Below are positions 1-10,049 of a stretch of DNA of 64,000 bases, piece after piece; the stretch's first letter is position 1; every line of letters starts with the position of its first letter. Made by a program: the position numbers and the translations under genes. The stretch comes from an uncultured Methanoregulaceae archaeon (GTDB lineage Archaea; Halobacteriota; Methanomicrobia; Methanomicrobiales; Methanospirillaceae). The DNA lies in contig OY969564.1 of the NCBI GenBank assembly GCA_963701095.1, positions 128,001 to 192,000 of the forward strand. The letters run 5' to 3'. The notes under the pieces were generated by a model. That model ran no database searches. It saw nothing but the letters and a program-made list of their open reading frames with translations, and was not told where the DNA came from.

Positions 1-1
1 C

Positions 2-130
2 ACCTTCATGAATAACGTGTACGTGATCCGCATCGAAGACGCGGGAGGTGCCCCGGATAACTCCGATGCACTTACCGTCGGTATCTTCCGGGATCACCGC
101 GATTTCCTGATTTTCTATTCAGCACATTGA
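2..130 (+). CDS. 3' end of probable tail completion/terminator protein (partial)
   Basis: Open frame TFMNNVYVIRIEDAGG...HRDFLIFYSAH* directly upstream of the tail tube gene; call is positional. Confidence 0.5.
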   Translation, partial: TFMNNVYVIRIEDAGGAPDNSDALTVGIFRDHRDFLIFYSAH

Positions 131-143
131 GGTACCACAAACC

Positions 144-878
144 ATGACTTCACAAGCCAAGATGGCGACCGGGATGTTTCTCGCATTCAACGGTTACGTT
201 CTTGCCGAGATGACAGATATTTCCGAACCCCCGCTCGCCGTTGAGAAAGTTGATTCTACGAGCCATGACAGCCCGTGTAAGATCACCATCCCCGGCCAGC
301 TCTCGTACGGTGACATGACCTACACGGTGAACTTCGTAAACGATGTAACGCAGGCCGCACTTGAGACCATGGCCACCGCACGGACTACCGGCATGTGGCA
401 GGTTATTTTCCCGCCGGCATTTGCGTCCCTATCGTACCAGGTGCCCGGGTTCGTCAGTGGCATAAAGAAGAAAACCCCGCTGAAAAGCAATCCTGCTTCA
501 CGAGACTTCACCGTCACACCGACCGGAGGCATCACGCCAATCACTACGGCAGGACCGAACCTGACTGCGCCGTACATGATCGTGGAGGACCAGGTGCCGA
601 ACATCTTTACGCTTTCACCGGCGTTGTCCGGTACGACCTATCAGTATACCTGCACGTCCAAACAGGCCAGCACTGCGATTACTGTCACACCGACGGCCGC
701 AAGTGGCACGATCTACGTTGCCGGAAACCAGACGGCGACCGGTGTTGCAAGCACTGCGATCCCCTATACCCTTGCACAATATCCGACCGGTTCCATCCTG
801 ACGGTCTTCGTGCTTGTGACCGGGACCAATGTCACGCCGTCCGTGTATGAAATCCAGATCACCCGGGGTACCTCATAA
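144..878 (+). CDS. Major tail tube protein with C-terminal cadherin-like/Ig beta-sandwich
   Basis: N-terminal tube-like region (VDSTSHDS..IPGQLSYGDMTYTVNF); C-terminal LSPALSGTTYQY..ITVTPTA..YEIQITR resembles cadherin-like domain; position. Confidence 0.75.
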   Translation: MTSQAKMATGMFLAFNGYVLAEMTDISEPPLAVEKVDSTSHDSPCKITIPGQLSYGDMTYTVNFVNDVTQAALETMATARTTGMWQVIFPPAFASLSYQVPGFVSGIKKKTPLKSNPASRDFTVTPTGGITPITTAGPNLTAPYMIVEDQVPNIFTLSPALSGTTYQYTCTSKQASTAITVTPTAASGTIYVAGNQTATGVASTAIPYTLAQYPTGSILTVFVLVTGTNVTPSVYEIQITRGTS

Positions 879-1312
879 TGCTGAATAGTGTCCCTATCGA
901 AATCGGCGGAGAAAAGTATCTCCTCCAGTTTTCGGCCATCGATGTAGACGAGATGGAGGCCATCTTCGATAAACCACTGGTGAGTATACTCAACGAGAAC
1001 CAGATCAAACGAATTGGCGTGCTTGGGACGATGCTGTATGCAGGTCTCAAGAAGAACGGTCTGCCGGGTCCGCATGGAGAACTCCCCCGGGTATTCCCGC
1101 GAGGTGCAGCCGGACGGGCAGAGGCCCTTGATCTCGTACGAACCCATACCACCGGAAAAACCGGGGCGGTCATGATCGAGCTCGGTAACAAGATCTTCGA
1201 AGGATTCGGTGCCGGGGAGTGGTTCACGTTCAAGGCGGTGCTCGAAAAGGAGGCAGTGCCCCAGGAGACCGAGCCCTCAAAAAACTCGGAAGGGACTGGA
1301 TCAAGTCCATAG
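878..1312 (+). CDS. Tail assembly chaperone (G-like)
   Basis: Lies between tube and tape measure genes; in-frame slippery heptamer A AAA AAC at 1279-1285. Confidence 0.75.
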   Translation: MLNSVPIEIGGEKYLLQFSAIDVDEMEAIFDKPLVSILNENQIKRIGVLGTMLYAGLKKNGLPGPHGELPRVFPRGAAGRAEALDLVRTHTTGKTGAVMIELGNKIFEGFGAGEWFTFKAVLEKEAVPQETEPSKNSEGTGSSP

Positions 1313-1668
1313 AACCGGCTGCATACGGGCTATGCGGTCTCTTCCCGGCTGAGCTCTGGAACCTAACGCCCCGTGATCTCCGGGTGATGATTGAGACTAA
1401 ACTCAAAATACGGACGGAACGGCAACGAGCTGACCTGTGGCACTTCGACCGGCTCTTTGCCGTCCAGACTGCAAGGCTGCTCAACATAGCTGGAAAAACG
1501 CTCAAAGAGGGCGTTGAAATCGACGCGGATTCCCTCTACGTGTTTAAGTGGGATATGCCAGCAACCGAAGAGCCGGAAGATGAATGCGATCCAGCGTCAC
1601 GGCTGGAAGAAATCAGGCAGAAAATGAACAAGTGGGTCAAGGCAACCGGAGGAACTCCTCGTGGGTGA
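1279..1668 (+). CDS. -1 frameshift extension of tail chaperone (T-like)
   Basis: -1 frame is open from the slippery site to 1668; LFPAELWNLTPRDL resembles G-T extensions. Confidence 0.7.
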   Translation, partial: KKLGRDWIKSIEPAAYGLCGLFPAELWNLTPRDLRVMIETKLKIRTERQRADLWHFDRLFAVQTARLLNIAGKTLKEGVEIDADSLYVFKWDMPATEEPEDECDPASRLEEIRQKMNKWVKATGGTPRG

Positions 1669-3373
1669 ACAAGTAGTTGGATCCTTGTGGGTCAAACTGG
1701 GTCTTGATGGATCCGGCCTGTCCGGTGGTGTTGCCAACGCAGCGGCATCATTCGATGTCATTACAATGGCAGCGAGGACTGCGACGAGGTTTGCCCAGCA
1801 GGGATTCGATGATACCGTCGGTGCGGCGATCTCGTATGCCGACCAGATGCAGCACGTTTCTGACGTAACCGGTATGAGCACCGACTCGGCACAGAAATGG
1901 AATGCTGCAAACATTGCTGTTGGTGGATCCCTGGACTCAATGCTTTCATCGCTCCAGATGGTGCAGGGAAAGATCGCTGACACCACAACCACCGGCAACA
2001 CCTACCGGAAGACCCTCGATAATCTTCACATCGCTTACAAAGACCAGAACGGGGATTACCTCGACGCCGACACCCTCCAGAAAAATATCCTTACGAGTTT
2101 AAGCAAGGTAACTGACGCCACTCAAAGGGACTCCGATGCCCGCCTTATCTACGGCCGGGGATGGGCGAGCAATGCAGAGCTTATCACCAATGCAACAAAG
2201 GCCCTCCAGGTCTATAACGCGACCCCGTCACCATTCTCTGACGACCAGATCACCGCTGCCCACAACATTGGTATCGAGCTTGACCAGTTCAACGCCAAAC
2301 TCTCCATCGCCCAGACCGAAGTCGGCATGGAACTGTTACCCTCAGTAAAAACGCTGGTTACCACATTTGGCGCTGCATTTAATGAGGACAGCCCGGTCAT
2401 CACCTTTTTCTCATGGCTTAACGGTGCGATAGAAGATTCTGTCGAAGGATTCGCAAAACTTGTCGGTGGTATTGAAGCCGGTACAGAGGCCATCAACGAT
2501 CTGGCAACCGGGAAAGGACTCTCCCAGTCTATGGCGGATTTCCAGTCCCAGGAAAATAAGACCAACGCCTATATCACCAACCTCCGGGGCCAGGCCGATA
2601 TCACTCAGGGAGAGATGGCCAATCCATCACCATCTTCACCAGTTGCCGGAAGTTCATCGCCAGATACGAGTGGAGACTCCGGAGGAAGTTCAGGCACTAA
2701 ATCAGGCAAAACGTCCACCGCTAAAACAGCAAGCACCACTACAAAAGCTGGCAGTGGATGGCACGGTGCTGCAATCGGAGATCCCGGTACGGCGATGAAC
2801 CAGTACATGATGGATTCATATGCCGATGGGATGTCATATTCCGAAGCCCTGAACGCATGGTCCGGGAACGCCCAGCCCACAGCATCCACCATGAAGCTGG
2901 CTCAGCAGTTCCAGGGAGATCAGACAAACCAGGGAATGAATGCAACGGTTGCATCGCTCGTTTCATCCACCGGGATCTCAACAGCAACCGCAATGCAGGC
3001 ATGGCAGCAAGGTGATGTCCTTCACGGAGACGCTGCCGCAACTTCAGATCCATCAAAGACCGCAGCTGCTTCAACTACGCTCGCAAAAGCCACCAGTACT
3101 GACCCGGTACTTACCGCTATTCAAAAGTGGTATAACGACTGGACGCCCCTGAACCAACTCGAGCAGTCCTCGTGGAAAACGACGACTGAAACCTATCAGA
3201 CAACCGTACTCAGCAACTGGACCACCTTGCTCGGTAATATGACGACTGTCTTAGCGACACTCAGCACAATTGCCGCGAAGACCGGCACAACTCCCGCCGG
3301 TTCGAGTGCAAACGCGGGTTCCACCACATTAGCAACTGCAGGACAGAGCACCTCCATTGGAGGGCTCTACTGA
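1661..3373 (+). CDS. Tail tape measure protein
   Basis: 570 aa, Ala/Thr/Ser-rich; typical N-terminus VVGSLWVKLGLDGSGLSGGV; follows the chaperone. Confidence 0.8.
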   Translation: MGEQVVGSLWVKLGLDGSGLSGGVANAAASFDVITMAARTATRFAQQGFDDTVGAAISYADQMQHVSDVTGMSTDSAQKWNAANIAVGGSLDSMLSSLQMVQGKIADTTTTGNTYRKTLDNLHIAYKDQNGDYLDADTLQKNILTSLSKVTDATQRDSDARLIYGRGWASNAELITNATKALQVYNATPSPFSDDQITAAHNIGIELDQFNAKLSIAQTEVGMELLPSVKTLVTTFGAAFNEDSPVITFFSWLNGAIEDSVEGFAKLVGGIEAGTEAINDLATGKGLSQSMADFQSQENKTNAYITNLRGQADITQGEMANPSPSSPVAGSSSPDTSGDSGGSSGTKSGKTSTAKTASTTTKAGSGWHGAAIGDPGTAMNQYMMDSYADGMSYSEALNAWSGNAQPTASTMKLAQQFQGDQTNQGMNATVASLVSSTGISTATAMQAWQQGDVLHGDAAATSDPSKTAAASTTLAKATSTDPVLTAIQKWYNDWTPLNQLEQSSWKTTTETYQTTVLSNWTTLLGNMTTVLATLSTIAAKTGTTPAGSSANAGSTTLATAGQSTSIGGLY

Positions 3374-4254
3374 TGTATTTCACCTGGACACCATCGACCG
3401 GATCGCCGACCCTGACCTTTTCCGGCACCGCACCGGATTACCGGCTGCTCAAAGCATACGACGGGCTTGAATCGATGGCCAGCATCATCATGACGGCAAA
3501 ATCCCTCTATCTCGACGGGGAATCCATCATGGCTGCCCCGTGGCTGGACAACCGGTCGGTCACAATCCCGCTCATGATTATTTCGACTGATGGAACGCTG
3601 CCGACCCTGCAAGCCGAAGTCCTCGCCTTAGTCTCGACACTCAATCCCAAATATGGTCCCGGAGTACTGACCTTTTACAACGATTCCGGGGCGGCATATG
3701 CGCTCAACTGTGTCAATGATTCTGGTTCTCCGGTGATGGATACAAAAACAAAATACACGAACGAATGGCAATGCACCTTGAAATTCAAGGCGTACGATCC
3801 CACGTTCTACAACCCGGTTGCAAGCATCAATCCTTTCCAGACCTTCTATAACGGCTGGTCGTTCCCGTGGAGTTACCCGATGTCGTACGGTACGGCGAAC
3901 ACGACGCTTGGCTGTACCAACCACGGCAATACGCCTACATGGTTTACGGCGGTGGTTACCGGCCCTGTCTCAAACCCCGTGATTACCAATACTACTACAG
4001 GGGAATTCCTCCAGTCCAGCCAGACCCTCAACGCTGGTGATACGCTTACCATCAGCACGAGACCTCGGGCATGCACCGTGACCTATACACCGTCGGGGGG
4101 GAGTCCCATAAACGCCATGAAGACGATGTCGCTTAATAGCACCTTTTTCCTCCTCCCTCCGGGAACGACAAACGTCACGTATGCATCGAGCCTGAATATC
4201 CAGAGCGGCTCCAGTATGGAACTTACCTGGAATGACCGGTGGGCGGCGGTCTGA
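3373..4254 (+). CDS. Distal tail (Dit)-like protein
   Basis: Follows tape measure; motifs LKFKAYDPTFY, NHGNTPT, GPVSNPVITN, FFLLPPGTTNV. Confidence 0.8.
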   Translation: MYFTWTPSTGSPTLTFSGTAPDYRLLKAYDGLESMASIIMTAKSLYLDGESIMAAPWLDNRSVTIPLMIISTDGTLPTLQAEVLALVSTLNPKYGPGVLTFYNDSGAAYALNCVNDSGSPVMDTKTKYTNEWQCTLKFKAYDPTFYNPVASINPFQTFYNGWSFPWSYPMSYGTANTTLGCTNHGNTPTWFTAVVTGPVSNPVITNTTTGEFLQSSQTLNAGDTLTISTRPRACTVTYTPSGGSPINAMKTMSLNSTFFLLPPGTTNVTYASSLNIQSGSSMELTWNDRWAAV

Positions 4255-4255
4255 A

Positions 4256-6580
4256 ATGCCGGCTGCAAATCCTATGCCCCTCTGGGTCTTTGATCCAAAC
4301 CTCAACGCAATCGGCATCATTGACGGATACCAGTACCTTTCCTGGACCCGGGATTTTCGCGGTATCGGCACCATGAAATTAGAGGTTTCCCGGAAACTGG
4401 CGTTAGATAACCTCGGCAATTCGTTACTGCAACCGGGCAACTATTTCGGGTTCCTGCGAAACGGATGGTGGCGGGTCGCCCGTATCACGCAGGGAGATAT
4501 TTCGTGGAAATCAGACGATACCGCGAATACGGATCTCTGGACGGTCTCGTGTGCTGATGGAAAAGGGATCCTCAACCAGCGGTTGTGTCTTTACAACACC
4601 ACCACCGGCACAGGATACAATTCGCTGAACGCTGATGCTGAGACTGCTATCCGGACGCTGATCGCCGAAGAGATGATGACAAACGCCAATGCCGACCGCA
4701 ACATCCCCCAACTCGCGCTTGAAACTATTGACCAGACACGCGGCGGCAACATCACCATCGATGCCCGGTTCGAATACGTGATGGACAAAATCACCGAGAT
4801 TCTCCAGCAGAGCGGTGTAATGGGCATGGAAGTCCGGCTGAATGCCAGCGTCAGTCCGCCAACCCTTGTGCCGACAATGATTGTCGGTACTGACAGGACG
4901 GCATCAGTCTTCTTTACTCCGAAGTTCTCGAATGTCAAACAGTTAGAGTATACATTCGATATTTCAAAATCCCGGAACGCTGCGATGGTAGCCGGGAGCG
5001 GTACGGCGGCAGCCCGAACCCAGACCTGGGTCACGGTCGATAACTCGTTTTACCAGATGGGTAAACTCGGGTCGGCAACAATGGTCTGTTGTATGGCAGA
5101 TTGCGGTAATGGTATCCTGATTTTCGGTGGAAATGACGGGTTCATCTACCGCAGCACCAACAACGGCAGCACCTGGACGGCTATGCAGTCACTGGGGTAT
5201 CCGGTATTCTCGATGCTGTTTGTCAACAATATTGTTCTTGCAGGCACATCCGGCGCTGCCAAAATATTTGCCTCGTATGATCTTGGGCTGACGTGGAATT
5301 TACTTACCACCCTCACAGACGGATCGAACATGATATATTCCCTAGCCTGTGACGGCGCCCCTAATACTGCGACGACTACCACGACAACAACGGGCTCGAA
5401 CGCAACCCCGGGTACGATCAACAATATTACCTCAGTGGGGTGGACGGGGGCCGTGAACGTTTATGCCGGCACCGGGTCTACGGTGGGAACGGTCTGGATG
5501 GCTAATGTAAATGCGTTGAACTCGTGGACCAGCCTTGGATCGTGTGGTTCTGATAATTATGTCACCGCGATGCTCTATTCCGGGGTTGCCGGTGCAAATG
5601 GCGCGCCTACATGGTCGGTAAAGTACTCGCTCGACCTGACCCCGATCCCGTCGAATCCTCGCGGGTGTATGATCGCATCGGGATTTCCATCAGGAAACCT
5701 GTACTGGTTCGGCCAGAATCTTAACAGTATCACCACCGTCGCGATTGCACCGACAGAATCGATGTCGACCGCTAACTGGGGTCCCTGGATGTGGAACAAT
5801 TTCGGGAACCTGGCCGGGGTTAATGGCGTTATGTCGTTTCTCGCTTTGAGTAGCGGAGATATCCTGGCGGGATGTTATCCGGCAGGGAATATCATAAAAT
5901 GCCCTTACGGGAGGGGATCTGCACCTACTGCCATTAACATCAGTAATTGGTCACAGACTGGCCGACTCGGCACTGGCACTCTTTCTGTCCGCCGCATGAT
6001 TGACGGTAGTAACGGTTTAGTGTACGCTGGATCGAGCGACGGAACGAATGCAACGGTATTCCGAAGCCTCGATTATGGGAAGACCTGGACTTCGTTAGGT
6101 AACGTAGGATCTGAAACCGGTATTTACGCACTTGATCTTTCTCCCACTGGATACCTGATAATCGGGACGTATCCCGGCGGATTTATCTATCAATCGATGA
6201 ACGTGTCGCTGGAAAAGATTCCGACGGGTATCAACCGGTCGGAAATTCTGGTCGATGCTTCCGATGCCCAGAGTGCCGGTACGATCACGGCACAGGGTGC
6301 ACAGACGATTACCGATCTGGAGGAAGTGGATACCCTCACCTGTGTTATCGAGCCGGGGACGACGACGTTTGTGTATGGATCGGACTTTGATCTTGGCGAT
6401 ATGGTCACAGTCGTGTATCCTGGTATTGTGCAGAAAAGCGCCCGGATCCTGACAATCCAGGAAGAGTATTCCCTTTCTGCCGGATTCCAGGACACGATCA
6501 CACTTGGCAGTACCGGCACCGACCTCGGTTCTGTGATCAAGAAAGCGAACAAAGCGAACACCAAAGCTAAACGAAAGTGA
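4256..6580 (+). CDS. Siphovirus Gp37-like minor tail protein with inserted Asp-box (BNR) propeller
   Basis: Gp37-like ends (IGIIDGYQYLSWTRDF; YGSDFDLGDMVTV) enclose three SxD/NxGxTW motifs. Confidence 0.7.
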   Translation: MPAANPMPLWVFDPNLNAIGIIDGYQYLSWTRDFRGIGTMKLEVSRKLALDNLGNSLLQPGNYFGFLRNGWWRVARITQGDISWKSDDTANTDLWTVSCADGKGILNQRLCLYNTTTGTGYNSLNADAETAIRTLIAEEMMTNANADRNIPQLALETIDQTRGGNITIDARFEYVMDKITEILQQSGVMGMEVRLNASVSPPTLVPTMIVGTDRTASVFFTPKFSNVKQLEYTFDISKSRNAAMVAGSGTAAARTQTWVTVDNSFYQMGKLGSATMVCCMADCGNGILIFGGNDGFIYRSTNNGSTWTAMQSLGYPVFSMLFVNNIVLAGTSGAAKIFASYDLGLTWNLLTTLTDGSNMIYSLACDGAPNTATTTTTTTGSNATPGTINNITSVGWTGAVNVYAGTGSTVGTVWMANVNALNSWTSLGSCGSDNYVTAMLYSGVAGANGAPTWSVKYSLDLTPIPSNPRGCMIASGFPSGNLYWFGQNLNSITTVAIAPTESMSTANWGPWMWNNFGNLAGVNGVMSFLALSSGDILAGCYPAGNIIKCPYGRGSAPTAINISNWSQTGRLGTGTLSVRRMIDGSNGLVYAGSSDGTNATVFRSLDYGKTWTSLGNVGSETGIYALDLSPTGYLIIGTYPGGFIYQSMNVSLEKIPTGINRSEILVDASDAQSAGTITAQGAQTITDLEEVDTLTCVIEPGTTTFVYGSDFDLGDMVTVVYPGIVQKSARILTIQEEYSLSAGFQDTITLGSTGTDLGSVIKKANKANTKAKRK

Positions 6581-6587
6581 GGACTCT

Positions 6588-7853
6588 ATGACGCTTACCT
6601 ACGGTTATTTTGCATCGGCATCCGGGGATATCCGGCAGTATATGCAGACCGACGACGCCAACCTGTTCCGCCAGTGGTGGAGCAACGGCATTATGAACAG
6701 TTTTGCGAACTCCCTGCAGGTAACAGCGCTTGCAAGCCCGAACATGTCTGTCTATGCCGGTATCGGTGGCTGTTTTATTGACGGGTACTGGATGTATAAC
6801 AATGCTGCATTGAACCTCGGTATTGCCGCGAACACTTCGGGCAACCCGAGGATCGACCGGATTATTGTGTCCATCGATGAAGTCAACGCCCGGGTCGTCA
6901 GTATCCAGGTTTTACAGGGATCTCCGGCTGCATCTCCGCTCCCCCCATCTCTCACCCAGAATTCAGGATCGACATACCAGTTGTCCCTTGCTCAGATCTC
7001 TGTGGCAAACGGCGCTAACCAGATCTTCCCGGCAAATATTACAGACGAACGTTGGACCCAGTACTGCGGGGTGATGGCGGCTACGATGGGGAAATTCTCC
7101 ATACAGACCGACGGATCCCTGAATGGCGGTGGCATGAATATTCACAATATCGCTGATCCGGTAAGCGCTCAAGATGCGGCGACGATGCATTATATCACCG
7201 GCCTTATGTCCTCAAGTACATTCCGCGTGAAAGTGTCCGTAATAGCATCAGGTTCCGTTTTTACGACACAATCAACGACGCAATACGTGGATATTCTCCT
7301 TGTTGGAGGATGCGGCGGTGGAGGTGGTGGTGGGGGCGCGATCACTACTTCCTGGGCAGGTGGAGCAGGTGGGGGCGGAGGGGCTGGCGGGACGAATTAT
7401 GCATGGGGTATCTCCGTCGCGGGAAATGCGACATACACGATTGCGGTCGGAGCCGCCGGTACCGCTGGTTCCGGGGGAGCTTACGGCGGATCCGGTTATG
7501 GCAGCGGTGGAGGTGGCGGTTCAGGCGGATCTGGCGGAAATACCTCAATCACCGTAGGTGGTACGACATATATTGCGTACGGTGGCGGTGGTGGAAACGG
7601 CGGAATTGGTGGGCATTTCTACGCTACCGGTGGCAGCGGGAATGGTATTGCCGGCGGTGCCGGTTCCGGTGGCAGTATCGCCAATGGATTTGGCATGCTC
7701 GGTAACTCGGGAAATGGCACGTCGCCCGGTGCCGGTCAGTTCAGTGCATCCCAAGTGGGAGGAACGGGAGGAAATGGTGGGGGCGGTGGGGGCGCTGGCG
7801 GTGCCGGGATGGCGGGGACTGCTGGAATGATGATTATCTGGGAATGGTCGTAA
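6588..7853 (+). CDS. Baseplate/tail fibre protein with glycine-rich C-terminal domain
   Basis: N-terminal PRIDRIIV..PPSLTQ..YQLSLAQI motif; GGGGGG-rich C-terminal half. Confidence 0.7.
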   Translation: MTLTYGYFASASGDIRQYMQTDDANLFRQWWSNGIMNSFANSLQVTALASPNMSVYAGIGGCFIDGYWMYNNAALNLGIAANTSGNPRIDRIIVSIDEVNARVVSIQVLQGSPAASPLPPSLTQNSGSTYQLSLAQISVANGANQIFPANITDERWTQYCGVMAATMGKFSIQTDGSLNGGGMNIHNIADPVSAQDAATMHYITGLMSSSTFRVKVSVIASGSVFTTQSTTQYVDILLVGGCGGGGGGGGAITTSWAGGAGGGGGAGGTNYAWGISVAGNATYTIAVGAAGTAGSGGAYGGSGYGSGGGGGSGGSGGNTSITVGGTTYIAYGGGGGNGGIGGHFYATGGSGNGIAGGAGSGGSIANGFGMLGNSGNGTSPGAGQFSASQVGGTGGNGGGGGGAGGAGMAGTAGMMIIWEWS

Positions 7854-7979
7854 TTTCTCTTTTTTTATCTACTTGACAAGACAAATCCTTCACGAACAGC
7901 CTTCAATTTTAATAGATTCCTCTATATTCCATATATCTAAAGAAATATAACCTAGAGATCAAGATTAATCATTGAGAAT

Positions 7980-8502
7980 ATGGGTTTCTTCGGCAAAATC
8001 GGGGAAGTTTTCAATAAAATTGACTATCATACCTCAAATGATCCTGAAATAGTTGGTAAAAGATTTGAAGATCATGTTGAAAGTCTCTTTTCAAAAAAAT
8101 ACTTCAAAATTCTTGAAAAGACACACTCATTCAAAACAAACGCAGAAAGATATGTCGAGAGTAGTAAAAATCCTGATTTTATCTTTGAATATGGCCCTAC
8201 AAAAGAGCAATTTGCTATTGAATGTAAATTTCGGACAAAATTGAATAGTCAAGGGCAATTAGAATGGTCTTACCCTGCCCAATTAAAACGTTATCAGCAA
8301 TTCGCAGCTCAATCTCGTATACCGGTCTATATTGTCATTGGTTTGGAAGAAGATCCTGAAGATGATGAGGAACCAGAGGGTTACATGTTCAATATACCAT
8401 TGAATGAAGCTGAAATATCCTGCTCTCTATCCGAGTGTATTTGCCAAATATGAAAGACCATTGGATAAACCGTTTTTCTGGAAGAATGGAAAATTGTATT
8501 GA
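7980..8502 (+). CDS. PD-(D/E)XK restriction-endonuclease-like protein (apparent frameshift near 8410)
   Basis: GKRFE...NPDFIFE...FAIECKFR motif; C-terminus KYPALYPSVF..KLY* continues in another frame. Confidence 0.55.
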
Positions 8503-8544
8503 AATGCGCAGAGTGGAAATGTTGGATATTTCTGATTCAAAATT

Positions 8545-8730
8545 TCAATGTCCTATGAACTTTAAGATATTGCCAACCTCATTGTGAACATTCTGATCCC
8601 AAGATTGGTTATTTTGAGAGATTGAAGATTGGGGATTATTTGCTTGTTGATTTTCCGTGCTATCACATCCTGCTATTGAAACTGAAAGCAGAATAAGAAT
8701 AATCATTATTAAAATTACCATTATCTTCAT
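8545..8730 (-). CDS. Small putative lipoprotein
   Basis: Hydrophobic signal sequence ending in lipobox-like IAGC; 61 aa. Confidence 0.45.
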   Translation of the reverse strand: MKIMVILIMIILILLSVSIAGCDSTENQQANNPQSSISQNNQSWDQNVHNEVGNILKFIGH

Positions 8731-8877
8731 AAATTGGGTTATTAACATTTGAAGATAAAAGATTTTAGCCTTTGATTATACATTTTTCGTAAAATCAATA
8801 AAAAACAATAGTTTTCTTTTGTAGGGCTTTTTAACCTTATATTCTAACTTAACTAGTAACACAGGAGGAGGCAGTTT

Positions 8878-8967
8878 ATGACTGATTCTGGATTTATTTT
8901 AATATGTGCAGGTGTTGGAATTGCTCTGGTAATTATCGCTATTTGGATTTTATTGCAGCGTCGATAA
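8878..8967 (+). CDS. 29-aa single-transmembrane peptide
   Basis: AGGAGGAGG upstream of ATG; MTDSGFILICAGVGIALVIIAIWILLQRR. Confidence 0.45.
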   Translation: MTDSGFILICAGVGIALVIIAIWILLQRR

Positions 8968-9250
8968 ATATCAGTCCCGTTGCATCTGTCCGCAGTCCGG
9001 GCACAGCCACTTTCACACCATCAACTCTCTTCCATTTATCAATCTCCATTCATGATCAGGTATCATGCAATCATTCTCGTGCAAAAGACACAACAAATTC
9101 CCTGATTGTTTGAAACCCGATCATAATTTGGCCCTGGTTCGGTGTATAGGAAAAGACTGCGAGGAATGGAGAGACGGCCCTATTTATTGTCCCCATCTTG
9201 TGAGGGTGGAAAATGGAAGAAGGGTGAATTAACTAATCTTCATATCCGCG

Positions 9251-9769
9251 TTACAGCGGAATATCCCGAGGTAACACATCTATTTTTTTGATATATGGTT
9301 CCGTTTTTACGATAACGTGTATCCCTGCCAGATCAGGATTCGATTCGATTTGATACTTACTACCGTAATATAACCAGAACTTCAGGTCAACCCCAGATTT
9401 TTTTAATTTATTAACCGATCTTTTCCGGTAAGAGGAATCTATTTCAATCACGGCGATTTTCTGTTCCTTATAACGATAAATGACATCAATACCCCCGCCC
9501 CTGCTTTTCCCGTTCTTATCGATACTCAATTTTTTTACTCCAAATTCTTTTTTACCCTCCATATGGAGTTCCCCGGCAGCATTCTTAACCAAATCCTGAA
9601 TTTTATTGTGAAATGCCAGATCATTTTTCATACCATGTTCTTTTCTTATCTGGACAGCTTCATCGAAGCATCTAATCAACACTTTCTCAATATCATGCCA
9701 AGTGAAACTCGGATAGGGAAGGTGTCTATTGTCAGCCAGATCCATATCAAAGGGTTCTGAAGGTGACAT
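9251..9769 (-). CDS. Hypothetical protein, PD-(D/E)XK-like motif
   Basis: KEF...GGGIDVIY...IAVIEID pattern. Confidence 0.45.
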   Translation of the reverse strand: MSPSEPFDMDLADNRHLPYPSFTWHDIEKVLIRCFDEAVQIRKEHGMKNDLAFHNKIQDLVKNAAGELHMEGKKEFGVKKLSIDKNGKSRGGGIDVIYRYKEQKIAVIEIDSSYRKRSVNKLKKSGVDLKFWLYYGSKYQIESNPDLAGIHVIVKTEPYIKKIDVLPRDIPL

Positions 9770-9975
9770 AATTGTTCTTTTTAAGAGGAACGAACATAAA
9801 ACATGTACCGTGCGGCGTGAAAATGAAAAATCGCGATCGTACAGCGCGTCTATAAATACATTACGGATTACAATAATGCATCGCAACAATTCTTTTTTAA
9901 ATTGCGCGAAGAATCATCGTTTGAACAATACATCAACATCGAAATTTATTAATAATGTAATACATATTGTATACA

Positions 9976-10049
9976 TAGTGAGTAAGTCCTTCCCGAAAAG
10001 GATGATGCCACCTTGAGGTGGATGGGACGAAGTAGGGAAGGGGTCACTA
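9976..10049 (-). ncRNA. Putative DUF3800-associated structured RNA
   Basis: Nested stems directly after the stop codon: TAGTGA/TCACTA, CCTTCCC/GGGAAGG, CCACC-TCAA-GGTGG; GC-rich in AT-rich surroundings. Confidence 0.6.

Larger units (their letters stand above)
1..7853 (+). mobile_element. Provirus tail morphogenesis module (siphovirus-like); continues beyond the left edge
   Basis: Co-oriented, tightly packed genes in canonical order: tail completion, tail tube, chaperone with slippery site, tape measure, Dit, Gp37-like, Gly-rich fibre. GC drops sharply after 7853. Confidence 0.9.

Noticed and set aside
7300..7830. Arg/Trp-rich alternative-frame ORFs
   Set aside because: Shadow frames of the Gly-rich GGN codons.
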